Shown here: positions 1-13,978 of the stretch, one piece after another
How positions within the stretch are numbered: the first letter of the stretch is position 1
How the letters are laid out: the number at the start of each line of letters is the position of its first letter
Source of the DNA: Paragordius varius
Taxonomy: Eukaryota > Animalia > Nematomorpha
Assembly: GCA_964247055.1 (NCBI GenBank)
Contig: OZ176055.1
Span: 7,688,001 to 7,752,000 of the forward strand
Direction: 5' to 3'
DNA: 64,000 nt
Made by a program: the position numbers and the translations under genes
The notes under the pieces: generated by a model
Databases searched by the model: none
Told to the model about the DNA's origin: nothing
The model's input: the letters and a program-made list of their open reading frames with translations, nothing else

Positions 1-65
1 ATTTAAATTTTTTATGAGCACTATGTTATCAGGGTTTATGAAAATAAAAAAAATTATTTTTTTAC

Positions 66-3000
66 TAAAAGATGGTGGATCCTTAGATGCAGATAATATA
101 TTTGAACCTTTCATTTGAATACGTGACGGAATAAGTAATGATCGAACCCGCATAACATCTGTAGGTGTACATGCTTTGATTGAGTTTCCATTATAAGTAT
201 TATTATCATGAAAATAGTTTGACTTTGGTGGTGGAGTCAATATCAATCTAGCTTCCTAACAATTATTTTAACAAAAATGTTTACAATATGTAAAAGTATT
301 TATACTGTAAATTAAATGATAGAAAAAACGAATTACAATAAATTAATCCAATTTTTTCCAATAAAAACATATTAATTGAAATTTAAGTTAGTAAAGAAAA
401 TCTTAAAAATTAATTCATTTATTTTAACGAGAATAAATGAATATATACTTTGACAAATGGTACAAACATTTGGCGATGGACACTTCTAAAAATAGTATAT
501 CAAAATTATATTTTATAGAAACAGATTTTTAAAAGGCGTAGGTTAAACGTAATTTCAAAATAAAGTATATTTCTGATACAATTTCAATAAGACATTAACT
601 CATCATTACTTTTGATTGAAGGTCAATAAAATTTCGCCAAAATCCAATCTTTCCACCCCATTAACATGGCTAATATAATCAATGATCCGATTTACGATTG
701 CTTGTAAACCTTAATAAATTATGCAGGTACATGTAAAACATATTATCGCCTAAAATCGTATATTAATAAAAAATAGTGGTTGATTACCGTGATTTTGCTA
801 TGCATTTTTCCATGATAAAAATGACATTTTAAAAAGTTATGCATGATATAATGAATAAAAATATTTAAATAATTTTAACTTAAAAACCATCAATACTTTA
901 TTTTTTAAAAAATACAACTTAACTGATAATCAACTTACTCAAGTCATCTTGGACCTTTGTGCCATGTTGTAACATTTGCCAATCGTTTGATAAAAAATAC
1001 TCGTGGTATCTTACGTCCATGGAATCGGCAAATATGGGAGAAGTGTAACATTGATCATAGGTTTCAGAATTAAGTTTGAGTTGATGGTCTTCTACTATAT
1101 CTACTATATGTATAGATGATATAAGAAAAAATAACTCTTGAATTTAAATATTAAATTTTTTTTATAGAAATGCCCCCTTTCCAATGAAAGATTTGAAAAT
1201 TAACTACTGTAAAACTAACTTGTGGTGGGTGTTTGTGATGGTATGGGTACAAAAACAAAGGCTAAATATTCAATTAAAGTAGTATCTTTATCACGAAACA
1301 CATCAGCAAACAAGCGTATAAATAATTGCAACGATCTAAAGCTCCCAACGTATGTAAGTAAAAATTTAAGCGATTTATTTAATATTGGTTTCCCTCTACC
1401 CATATCACCAGAGGCATTAATACTGTGTGTACTGAGTGGATGATTAAGATAAGTAGGTTGTGTGGTATTTAGCCCTTCAAGATTACCAAACTCGTGGTGG
1501 CGTGAGCAATTGTGAAAAAAGGGTGGTTGTATTTTCTTGCTATAAATGAGCAAAAACAAAGTGATTAAGTATTTGGTAATGCATTTAAGTTTATATATTT
1601 TCGCAGAAAGAAAAATACTACTTAGATCAGGGGTGTCGTCCAACACAAATGTGTTCGTGGGCCGCATTCGCAAAATATATGTGCAATAATTTATTAGATA
1701 TCAAACATTGGACTGCAAAAACCACTGTTTATTTTAACAACTTTTGCTAGTTCATTGCCAAAATCGGAAAGATATATCAGAAAATATGTTTGAACTTAAA
1801 TTTCGTAAATTTGGAATTTAAAATCTCTCGCAGGCTTCATAAATATTTTCCCGCGTGTTAATCCCCCCTGGCCTAGATTTATAATGCCTTGTCTCCCGAT
1901 AATTAATAGGTTACTTTGGAACTCATAATAAATTTTTTTACATGGTGGTTCCAAAATATTCAATGTTTTTTTTGTCAAAAAAGAATATTTATATAGCCAT
2001 TTCTCAAAGTTTCTCCAATAATTTACAACACAATCAAACGACGTGAATAAAACCAATCGCTTTTTTATTATGGAGCTATAAATAAATAATGGTATTCATT
2101 CTATGCTGGTATCACATCGAAAATAAAAAAAACTTTTGGAAGATAAAATACAATTTAAATTAAATAAAAAGTGCTAAATAACTTTAGTCGAATAAAGGAT
2201 AATACATCTATATGGTAAACAATATTTGGGTTCATTTATAAAATATATCTAATGAAAAAAGCGGGTATGTTTTGTATACATATACATTTTGTATATCCGA
2301 TTTATTCTCTTTCTACCATCGCAGCATGCCTACATTAATAGCTAATCATTACCGTTCTTTGTGTCCGGAAATCAGAATGTAAGATAATTTTATGTATTTT
2401 ATATAAATTTAACCCGTAAAAGACTGTAGCCAATAAATTTTAAAATTAGATTTGAAAGTATTAAGAAATTTAAAAATAATTAGAATAAATATATGGACTT
2501 ACAACTCATTAATTTTTTCGATGAGATATGAAAGGAGATGTTTAATATCCTCAGTTGTGAGCAAAATGGCCGGATAATCAAGCTTATTGCACTTTTCATA
2601 TAATCCCTATATGTATTTTGAATGAAAAAGTCATTTTTTACAAATAATAATGTAAAATTTGGTATTAGTAGGGATTATTATTGAATATAAATTAGTATCA
2701 TACGTTTGAACATGGAAGATTTTTGTCAATAAGTATAAGATTATGAGTAAATAAAGATATCTTTGATATATTATCTCTCCCATGATATTTTGCAAAATTA
2801 AATTGTTTTTCAAGCAGGCTTTCCAACAATGGGACAGATAGATTTGACTTCTGTATAGATAATAAGATAAAATGAAATTCGTAAATGATTGAAACAGATA
2901 TAAAAAATTAGTGAAAATTTTCGGTTATCCCAAAAATAATGCATCTACACCATATAATTTTTTTTGATCTTTCTATTAATTTTTCTATATATATATATAT

Positions 3001-6000
3001 ATACTAAAAAAGTAAATTGTACAGTTAATGTATCATTGAAACTGCTATTAAACGAGTTTCTACAAAATGCTGTATTGTATCGCTTTTTTCTCACGTTAGC
3101 ACCATTAGTGTTGGAAGGAATGTGGATATTATCAGTTTTATTTAATGGGTATTTTTTTAACATATTGTTGTTGGAGGATGATTTTCGTAACCGTGGAATA
3201 CGCAATCTCAAATTTTTTGATGTGACCATACCATTTTTTTCATCATTTAAATTAGTGGTGTCATCATTTTTATCATCATCCAAGGATAGGACGGTAAATG
3301 TTTTAAAGCCATTGCGAGATTTTATAAGGGGTTGTTTAAGTCTTGATGTTAAACGCTTCTTACTACCATTGTTAATCATTTCTGAATCGGTGTTGGTATC
3401 CTTTATTAAATGATAATGTATACATATTGATAGATTTTTTACTTTGTTTCTTATTAAAGAACAAGTTAAATTGTATTAATGAGCCATGAAAGTCTTAACA
3501 CTTGCCTACCCAGAGCTAAGAGTATGATAAAATGTGTAGCGATTTAAATTTTGGTAGTATAAAATGCATAGTCCGCGAGTCAGACACCTTAATTTAAACA
3601 GTCCACCAACATGCCTTTACATATCCAAGAACAATTGGTTATTTGATGAGTTAACAGCAATTAAACATATATATGGCTTTGAAATCCAAAATTTAAAGTA
3701 TATCTAATAAGAAGAGTAAAGTGAAAAATTATTTAATTTTTAAAATCTTTCGTTTACGAATTAATTTACCCATTGATTCATCCTTAAAAACTTTAGCACC
3801 TATTAGAGTATTAAAACATTAAAAAACTACCTTGAAGCTTGAATCCTCCTTGCAAGAATCCACTCCTGCAGATCGGTGTCGTGACACAATTTTCTAAAAA
3901 TATAGTCATTATTTTCATTAACGGTTATATTTTAGCCGAAATCACACAATTTGTTTTAAATGTTTTATATGAAAATTTTTATTTCGCCACATAAAATTTT
4001 TTTAACTTTATCAATAGCCACTCCTATACAGAAAAATACCACTTTTTTATATAACCAATAACTATCTGCATTGTAGCCTAATTTACAGATATCAACCGTT
4101 TAAGGATTCTCCTGATATTTTTCATATCGTTATCAAATTCAAAAAGTCATTATTAAACCAAAAAACAATCCATTAGTACGCATCTGCTCTGATTCAATAC
4201 ATTTTAGAAGCTAGATGTTTTAAACCAAAAAAATATGTTCAAATATAAATTAAATGATAATCCAAAATTAATAAAAAGCAGGTTTCCGCATAATTTATTC
4301 GAAAGGCTGCAGAATAACAAGCTTCTCATTGGTGATTCAAGAATAATGTATAATTTTTAAGATGAATCAAAAAAAGGTTAAAATTAGTATATTAAAAAAA
4401 TGTTGTAAAATGCGTTTTGATTTAGTGAGATAAGGAAGCTTCGTATATTTGGAGGGCGTGATAGTGTTAGCAAAATTTAAACAGAAGACACGGAAATCTA
4501 TTATAATTATTCACCTAATTGGAGGCGATGGTTGTAATTTAAGCTAATATAAAATCGCTTTTTCACCAATCCAGGTAATATTAATTTTAATAACTGAATT
4601 TAGTTGTCTGCAAATAGATAAGGAATCCAAAAGTGCCTTACACAACTATAACAACTTAAGATCCTTTTTTTCTCAATTTACGTTCAAAACATATGGGAGA
4701 ACTGCACATATTATTGGATATCAATGAAGTAGTGCTGGACATTAACGCCTGATTCGATAAAACCTTAAACCTAAATCTGTCAATAGTTCCCTAACTCCAA
4801 ACTTACTTTGATGGAAACCGTGGCGTCGACTCAAAGATAGGCGAAAAATTATTCAAGGGCCTAAATGTGAGTACCCAATCCATCAATGTATACATCCAAA
4901 AAAAATTCCCAAGCTGTAAAACTACGATTAAGTGGGTATTAGAAAAATTCTAAACCTTTGGGATGGTAGAAAGTTAATAGTAAAAACCGACACCAACTGG
5001 TAAAATGAGTTGGGTTAAGAACACATCGGTACATGATTTCGATATCGAATGCCATCTAGAGCCTAAAACAGCGGATTGCCTTTCTGGACTTCTCAGACAT
5101 TAGAAAGAACCGATGGCAATAAAAAATGACGAGTTAAATCTAAATAGAAATATATCTCCCAACATTCTAAGGAATATATTACAAATGCAAATTGAAAATT
5201 GCGGTGTAATTCAATCGGACCGACCCACTGATGAAACCGCTCATCGAAGTAAAAAAAGAGAATCCTACAAACCTATTTTTCTCTCTATTCTCTCTTTCTC
5301 TCTGGGATCGCTAAATATATCGAAAAACAAAACCCATAATTTTGAGTTTACATAGTAACTATCCGGGAATACAAGCTATGAAACTTATAGGCCAAGATTA
5401 AATCAAGGTATGGAAATGGGGTTTTTGCCAAAATTGTCAAAGGTTGAAGCCGAATATATATGTAACACAGCAAACCCTAAACGCCGCACTTAGATAACAT
5501 CCGCCCTATAGATAATTTTTATTAGGTGGTATTAATCAATCAAAGCAGGCAATGGTGGAGGTAAAAACGTTGAAAACGATAAATACTAATAATTTAGTAA
5601 AAAGATTTAGAAAAAAGCCTTTGTCGTCAAGATTACCGTAAAAAATAAAGGACAATGGTTCCTATAATGAATCAACTGAGTTTTAAAAGTTTTAGCCTTT
5701 TTTAAAACACAACCTCTTCACCGTAACATCCACAGACTAATGATTTTATGACACTCAATTTTCATGCACCAAAACGTAGATTATATGAAATCTTAGGTTT
5801 TATCATTTAGGTAAATAAATTATATTTTACGCGAAAAATGTATGGCGCTTTTGGTTATGGGGCTTATGTATTTAAAAAAGCTGTTTCCAATTTTAGTAAC
5901 TCAATAATCGCATAATTTTTCATTAAAATATAATTTTTTAATCAGAGTTTCATTCTTAAAATTATCATTAATTATATCATATACCCTAACAAAAAAAAGT

Positions 6001-9000
6001 AGGTAAAATCAACCTATTAAAAACTATTAAACATACATTGCGTTTAATTAAATTGGCTTTGTGTTTAAGGAAGGAAGACATATTGTTATTATGAGAGATA
6101 TTATTGTCAATTTGGTGGATTGGGAGGGAACAAGAGTATGATTGAGACATACGTTTGGGTAATGATTTAGATATTAATTGCTCGCTGCTGTCTTGGTTAT
6201 TTTCATCTCGATTAGAACTATCAAAATGCTTTCGATTACCATTATAATGCGTTTGAGATGATTGTTGCAACTTAATAAATGTCATAACGGGTTTTTTGAC
6301 CAGCTTTAAGCGTTTATCCTCCTTCTTTGATGAGTTAACATTTGTTGTTTCACTGCTTGAACAACAAGAACCCTTATTATTGGAATCGTCAGAAACGGTA
6401 GAACTTTGTATGACTTGATATTCATTTTTTGTTTCATCGACAATGTTATCCTTACGAAAATTTGGTTTTCTAAATTTTAGATTTGTCGTTTTTCGAAATG
6501 CTTGAGAAATTGATTTAAGATCTGAACGCCGCTTTAGAAATGAAGTATTTGATTCATCTTTGCCGGGTGATATTGTTTGCAGTTGTTTTGGTTCACTCAA
6601 CGCTGGAATTTTTTCAATTGTTGGTAAAACAGTTATGTTATCAGCTGCAGTGTTTATATAATTAATAATATTTGTAGATATGGTGGGAAGCGTGTTGGAT
6701 TTATGACTTCGATTGGTCATGGTATTGGTGGAAGAGCTATGATTTGTGTTAGTTATGCTATTGGTGGTTGAATTAAAAAATGGTTTAAGATATGGCTTTG
6801 TGGCTCTATTGTAAGCGACGGAATTAAGGCTAAATTCATCCATACGTTTCATATCCTCGGCATTGTGAAGGTAAAAACTTGATATTTGTCGACTATCTAA
6901 CGGCGACGTAGATGAAGATACAGTCGGGTAAATATATTTTTTACCACCATTATCACATCGATTACTGTTGATATTACTTCTAAAAGAATGATTTACAGAT
7001 AATCGATTAGTATTTGCAAGGTGTTGTGATGGAAACGGAAATTCTTGATCACTTCGAATAGTCAAATAATTTCTAGTTTTGTACGTCTCATCAGTGTTGT
7101 TTTTGCTTGGACTATTAGTCATATTATATGGATAACTATTTCTTTCATTGCGATTTATCGGGTATGTCCTTCTTTTGTTGACCAGTTTTGAATCTGTAGG
7201 CTTTCCATAATAGGCATGTGGATTAAAACCAAATTCATCAGAATCCTCTCCACTATCATCGTCTCCAAGGATCAAATCATCAATGTTAAAAAGGTCTTCA
7301 TCATTTAATGAATATACATCTGTGGTATCATTCTGGAATTGCTGGATGGATGATTCGATATCATTTTTCTCTCTAATGATAAAATATACAGTTTACTTTA
7401 TTTTTTCTTTTAAATTGGATTAGGACTTGTAAAAGTATTACACTCGCCTGCCCAGGGCTGACAGTGATGATGGAAAAATTGCGCAGTTTCGTGGTTGGAA
7501 CTCTGGCATTCCGCACAAACAGTGGCACCCTCCTTACTATATCTCTAATGTTATGACAATAGAGATGAGATTTTGTTATATACAATTAGAAAAAAATGAA
7601 AAAAGCGATAAACACATACCCCTTGTGCAATAATACTATGTCTTGGGGATAAGCTTCAAACGAATCATTTTCAAAACAGTAGCCATCATTTATTTTAACA
7701 TTTGATTGTTTGTCCGTTTCATTAGAGTTAAAATCAAGTGTATGCTGTTTTAGGGATTTGCGTTTTCTTAATAACAATTTGTGGAGGCGTTTTTCCAAAT
7801 CACGTGCGTCAATCTGCCATTTTTTATTGGCAGCAATATTCTGAGATGTAGCAACTTTAGCTTTATTATCCTCCGAAAAACTGTTGATTTTTTCATCCAA
7901 ATTGGAATCATTGACATCCGAGGTCGCACAACATACCATTTCCTCATTTAGGGCTGGAGTTATCATATCAAGTTCCTAATTATTATAATATTAATTTATA
8001 AAATATGTATTATCCTTTTTCATAATAAAGATATGTAAAAAAATACCTCTTCTGAAACTTTAAGCTTTTTAAGCATCCAAATCAATTTCTTTTTGAGATT
8101 GCCAGGTATTTGCTAAATTTATATATAAAATTACACTAAACAATAAATTTTGACATTTATAAATTTTGTAAATTTAAAATTTAATTCATTAAAGTACATA
8201 AATAGTATATCTGAAAAAAAATTGGTCTAACACCTAAGAATTTTTTTATTAGGGGTTATAAATAATTTTCGGCCCCGGTTTAACATTAAACTTGAAATTT
8301 TAAAAATGAAAAATTTTGGATATAGAGACATGTATTTTATACCATCTTTTAAATGGTAGTTAGTCATTTAAATCAATCTGTTGAAGTTATTTGGGTTTAT
8401 ATGATCGAAATTTTTACCCTGAAATAAGTCAAAAATTTTCACAGACAAACTAATTTAAAAATTATATAAATTATTTTATTAGATCTATTAGAATTACATT
8501 AGTATAAAATTTAAAAAAAATCTTTAAAGCTTTTAATTTGCTTTTTAAATACAAATTATTATTATCATAATTATTTTAACTAGTGGATACTAAAATGCAT
8601 AGTTATACCTTTATACATAATGGTTAAAAAAAATCAAATATACACTTTGTTTTTAGTCTTTGAAATTTTAAAATTATAAGCCTCCTAAAAAAATAAATTA
8701 ATATTGGTGATAATTTTTTAAAAAATGAAAACTTAAAAATGGCTGTTTTGAATGACATAAAAGCTATAAATATAATTGCCATGTATATATTTTCATCCAT
8801 TAGTTTTAAACATGAAAAAACGATCTCGTTTGGCGGGTTTGTCGCTTACTATGTATGTTTATAGAGTTTTATTCTTTCGATATTACAAATGGGCATTTGT
8901 TATATATTTTCAAAAAAAAACATTTTTTTGTCAAAATCGGATAAAGAGGTCGGATAACATAAAAATCAAATTATACAAACTTAGGTGTAATTATAATTTT

Positions 9001-9934
9001 TATTTCAGATTTACTGTTAAAATGATAGTATATATCAGAAAATGCAAAAAACTCGAGTGGCAGAAAAATTTGTTGTCCAGTGTTATAATATGGACTAAAC
9101 ATTTTTTAGATTATTGCTGTTAAAATATTAATACTAGCAAAACGCTACCTGATGCTTTTTCAACAATTCATTGACATGTGAAGTTCTAACCATCCTCCCT
9201 GTTCGAATTGAAGATCCGTTTTCGGCCAATTCGTCATCGGTTTCTGCTGGATCGGTCGAAATACATCCAGTGTCTGCGCCACTCACATTTTCATGCACTA
9301 GCGAACGTTCTGTGAGAGAATATAATACTTTATGTAAAAATGAATTTAAACAGACAAAATGTAAAAACTTAAAGAGACAAATATTTTTTTCACACCCATA
9401 CTTTTTAAACCTTATTTTTTAGACCTAATCGTTTTGGGTTTAATGTACTCACTTTTTCGTTTCACGATTGTAATTATATGGTTTATGTAGGAAATGCTAA
9501 GTTCAAAAGGTATGGTTATCTTTTTTTTAAAAAATATATATCTGTTATTTTTTAAGTTTTGTCCGTATAATTTAAATTTGGGTATTATTTATTATGTTAT
9601 TGATTATAAAGTGTTTTTTTGTGCAGTGAATAATAATTTAAATTAAAACCATTTTTATAAACATTATCATTGGCTAAATGTACAAGTGGTACAGCGTCTT
9701 TCCCATCATAACAATCATATGAAGTAGATGTCATACAATCCTCACAAGATATACGTTCAAAACTTAGGACACCATAAATGTCAGTGCTTAGTAAGTAATC
9801 TTGTTTTGACATATGATGGTGTTGTTCAGGAGAAGTCAGGGTAATTGTAAGTTGGTGCTGTTGCTTAGACCATAAAGCAAGAGCTTTAGCATTGTTAAAC
9901 ATTGGGACGTCGCCACAAAAAGGTCGTTCTGAAA

Positions 9935-9978
<44 letters not shown>

Positions 9979-12900
9979 GATACAATCAAAAGCCTTAACA
10001 AGCTTAGTAAGTAAGTAAGATAAAAAAATTAATCTCTCGCGTACCTGAGATAAATTGATGAAGGCCACGGCCAAACGCTTGTAACCCATCAAAGCTTTAG
10101 ACTTGTAATGTTTTCGCCTTTGTAACATAATACACAATTTATTGCAGCTAGTGTTGTTCCCAACCGTTACAACGTTGCCGACATTGTTTTTGTTGTAATG
10201 ATTATACTATAATAAAAATAAATCATAAATTTATTGTTTAAATTAGATAATTTAATTTCAATTTTTTTTGAATTCTAGTATCTCATATTTTACAAGTGTT
10301 ATTTTGTGACGATGCCATAAAAAATTAAGCAAAAATTTTTTAAATGTAAAACAACAGTATAATTTTATAAATTTTTGTGGATATATGAGGATTAATAAAT
10401 GTCCTTGTTGGTCAAATTCCATTTTTCATTTAAAGTTAAATACAAATGTACCATTTTAAACCTAATTTTTGTTTTTTATTTTCAACAACTACACTGCCGA
10501 AATGACATAATTACATTTTATTGTCAAATAAATTAAAATATTATCTTGTAAGCCGAAAAGCGACAATTGTAGAACACTATATAGTATAGTAAAGAATGTT
10601 AAACTTCAAAGATGAAAGTACACCAAAATAATTTTATGGCCATAGCATAATTATTATACATAAGTCATTTTATTTCAACCACTATTTTTTTATTCCAAAA
10701 AGTTTTTTTGTTTTACAAATAAAATTTTGAATTTACCAGTATCTTTCGTATTTTGTTTTTGACTTATTTAATTGTGTTTCGTCTTGTTTTAGCGTATAAT
10801 TAACTTATATTACTCATAAAAATGGCCGGTAAAAATTAATATTTTAAAAACATCAGATATTTTAGGTTAGGATTATATAGCAAAAAAATGCATCAATCCA
10901 TATTCATTTTAAAAGAGTGATTAGCCTTTATTATTAATATCATAATATGGGTGCGCAAAATTTCTATTATTATAAATTTAACATGGCAGCTCATTATAAA
11001 ATCCGCGTGTAATAAAGTGTTATAATTAAATAATATATCATTTACAATTCAAATTCATCCTTGAACAATTCAAATTCACCCTCAAATAAATAATATGTTT
11101 TTTAGGATTAAAAATTACCTATATTTTTATATATTCTCAAAAAATAAAATTGTGTTTAAAATTATAATAGTACTGAAGAAAAAATAATAAACTATGCCAT
11201 AACGATATGTTTCACATGAGTTTTATTAGTCGAAAACACATAATTGTTTTTAGGGTGAATTTGAATTGTTCAAGGGTGAATTTGAACTGTAAATGGTATA
11301 TAAAGTTGTCCATACAAATTCATTTCTTATAAAATTAGTGTGAGGCCAGGCTTGGGATCATTAATCCTATATCAGTGGTACTCACCCAAAAAAATTGAAG
11401 AATCAACCAAAAATATTTTTTGCCCCCCAAGCGCCATACATAAGGTCGATAAAAATTTCATAGCTGTTTGATATATTTGCAAACATTTATACTCCAAATA
11501 AAAAATATAATAAATAATTCTGAGCCATTAAAAATACACTTTTAAAGCCGCATGAGGCATATGGGTCCGCGATTATATGGTTATTTTTTAAATAGCTAGG
11601 AATATAGGATTCTATGTTTTGAGTTATTTTAACACAGTAGCCTTTTTTATTTCATTATATTTTTTTTATTATTTGTTACCGCATATAAACAAGTTTAATC
11701 GATTATTTAAAGAGATAAAATTGATAAATAACCCAATTTGCATAATTGATACCTGCACAAAATATTTAAAAAAATATAAGGTAAATATTAAGATACAAAT
11801 AATATATTTATTTTGTAGCATATATGATGCAATTGTAAATGAGTTTATTATGACGAAATATGAATGACAAATACAAAGTGTAACACAAAAATTAAAGAAT
11901 ATTTAATTTACCTCAAAACAGAATTTAAGATTTAACGGAATTTCTTGTTGTCCTTCTAGGAGGTGGGGGTGATAATTATCATTTTGAGAATGATAATACG
12001 CATTTTCTTCAATACCTTTGGGTGTAGTTTTAACATCTCGGCCCATCATTGGATTAACATTGAAAGCTTGTGAACGAATTATGCGTTTAGAACCCTAAAG
12101 GAAAAATTAAAGTGTATTGATTTTAAATTCATGTCAATACAGTGAAATCTATGGTATTTTTTTAGATAAAATCTGACGCTCTTAAAAGCAATCAATTATT
12201 TAGGGGCATAACCAGTCAATTTATATTTAAACTTCAGAGTAGACTAGGTATCAATCATAAGTTGACACGGCGAACATATTCGGATATAAATAATGAATAT
12301 ATTTAATGAACTAAACAACAAAATTTATTTATTTTATGTTTGATTGCAGCCATTTGTAGTTTTTTTCTTATACGCTACTGTGTATGCAAAATGAGTAAAC
12401 TTTCATTTAATTTTTCCCCCGTCGCCTATAAAAGTATTCTATACTTGTATACTTCTTAATTTTTACGATTCAAATACAATCTATAACTTTAATTAAACAT
12501 GACCCTAAAATTCACCAAATAAATAAAAAAAAATTATATTTAAAAAGAACAAAGATATGATAAAAATTATAAATTCTTATCACTGTTTTTTGTAATTCAT
12601 GATTTAAACCGGATAAAATATTTATAACATATAAATTGACAAACGGCGAGACCAATTAGACATCAACATATTATATGCTTGCTTATTTTTTGATAATGAA
12701 ATGAATCACGAGGCGATGCAAAGAACTACTTTATAAATCCAAAAAAAAATTTATCAAATATTTATTAAATCATAACACAAGACATTTCAAAAAAATCCTA
12801 TAATATTTTTCAAATACACTAACGCAAATTCCAAGTGAATGGAACAAAAATCATTAGTTGTATTTAATAAAACGATAGCTTATATAAATGAAATTTCCAA

Positions 12901-13732
12901 AAATTTATTTTTAACGTTTAGCGCGATAGATCTATTTTTGATAAATAAATAATTATATAGTGCAAGGAAGCTATAACCATTCTAAAAACGGGATTACCCC
13001 AACTCTTGCTATTTTTAGCTGAGTAATCTTATTTATCACTACTAAAACAAGTGTAGTTATTATTAAGCTTAAAAGATGAGAAAAACAATTTTTACGAAAA
13101 ACGACAGAGATAGATAGACATTTACATTGATTTGACCTTGAAAAACCACCATGATGGAAAGTGTGTGTACATCAACATCAAAACAAACCAAAAATAAAAA
13201 AAAGTTATATATGCAGAGAAAAAGATTAAAATAAATTATGCATGCATTGCGCGACAAATGGAATCATGCATATTACAGAGAGGCGTATGTAAAAAAATAG
13301 CCACACTTCTCCATAATAACTGTATAAACAAAATTTTAATTTAGGTAAAATTATTATAGGGGGAAAAAATGTTTAATTATAACGCAATATGGTGGTTTAT
13401 ATACCATACATAAATTCTAGAAAACAATGATGAAATTATTTGGAATATATATATACCATTTACATTTTAAATTCACCCTTGAACAATTCAAATTCACCCT
13501 AAAAAATAAAGTATATGTGTTTTCGAAATAATATACCTCGCTAATTAATATAAAATATATCTTTATGGCATAGTTTATTATTTTTTCACTATTTTTTTTT
13601 TACAACAAAATATTATTTTTTAAAAATATATAAATATATAGGTAATTTTTCCTAAAAAACATATAATATTTGAGGGTGAAAATTGTTTAAGGGTGAATTT
13701 GAATTGTTTAAGGGTGAATTTGAATTGTAAAT

Positions 13733-13769
<37 letters not shown>

Positions 13770-13978
13770 CCTGTAATTTTAGGGCCAAGAATAAATGATT
13801 GGTATGAGGCTGTTTTTTACAATCGTTAGATCCTCCGTCTGCAACTTTAATGGGACACGTCGTTTTAGAGCTGTTAAAATTGTCATTTTCAAAGTCTTTT
13901 GGGGGATGGCTCGATTTGTTAATGCTAGATACGGTATTTGATGTTATCCGAATACCTCGAATGATTACAGTACATATC
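66..13978 (-). CDS. PACS: PACS family protein (phosphofurin acidic cluster sorting protein), multi-exon; 5' exon not found and 3' end beyond window start
   Basis: Phase-consistent GT-AG exons on the minus strand: 13978-13771, 12094-11912, 10206-10045, 9935-9650, 9309-9149, 8112-8047, 7975-7620 (or 7637), optional 7544-7444, 7372-6037, 3893-3831, 3400-3005 (or 3023), 2850-2704, 2606-2503, 1539-1220, 1091-939, 709-610, 485-449, 255-66. Translations match PACS motifs recalled from PACS1/2: LALKLQ|GSKRIIRS (VKLQGSKRILRS), NKLCIMLQRRKHYKSKALMGYKRLAVAFINLSQ ([33 protein letters not shown]), NLKKKLIWMLKKLKVSEE, KPYLKPFFN, SMDVRYHEYFLSNDWQML, RQMFVPFVK. Confidence 0.93.
1628..1870. mobile_element. 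Non-autonomous hAT (Charlie-like) MITE in PACS intron
   Basis: Ends CAGGGGTG...CCCCTG; imperfect 8-bp flanks ACTTAGAT/GCCTAGAT; the 5' end (tccaacaca...gggccg..ttcgcaaaatata) is shared with 14871-15133. Confidence 0.6.
4050..5750 (+). mobile_element. Decayed Ty3/Gypsy LTR-retrotransposon pol relic (RT-RNase H-integrase), antisense in PACS intron
   Basis: Frameshifted, stop-interrupted motifs in Gypsy order: VYLEGVIVLA (decayed YLDD, ~4443), IIGYQ*SSAG..TPDSIK (~4710), IKWVLEKF / GRKLIVKTD / HDFDIEC..TADCLSG (RNase H, ~4925-5090), YPGIQ..CQNCQRLKPN (integrase Zn finger, ~5360-5455). Boundaries approximate; no LTRs seen. Confidence 0.65.
8880..9100 (+). repeat. Dispersed repeat, second copy at ~52260-52450
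   Basis: Shared block ctgttaaaatgat...atatcagaaaatgcaaaaaact(c/t)gagtggcag.aaaatttgttgtc.agtgt at both loci. Confidence 0.7.
9937..9970. repeat. (TA)17 microsatellite forming the 3' end of a PACS intron
   Basis: Directly visible; on the minus strand it runs into the acceptor G at 9936. Confidence 0.95.
11038..11298. mobile_element. TA-flanked MITE, family A (TIR CCATTTACAATTCAAATTCACCCT...)
   Basis: ~45-bp TIRs with an internal ATTCAAATTCACCCT repeat and TA flanks; same family at 13454-13736, 25560-25850, 44225-44469 and partial ~57255-57300. TA flanks suggest Tc1/mariner-type mobilisation (inference). Confidence 0.8.
13454..13736. mobile_element. MITE family A copy
   Basis: taccatttac...aaattcaccc at the left end, gggtgaatttgaattgtaaatggta at the right, followed by (TA)n 13735-13764. 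Confidence 0.85.

Noticed and set aside
1222-3413. Plus-strand ORF-track entries such as 1222-1443 and 2964-3413 (also 9171-9422, 24015-24236, 25367-25558, 26290-26502)
   Set aside because: Antisense shadows of real minus-strand exons.
4510-4770. Exon-like minus-strand stretches (FKVLSNQALMSSTT..., LCKALLDSL...) in the PACS intron
   Set aside because: Phases do not join to neighbouring exons, and the plus strand is explained as decayed Gypsy RT.
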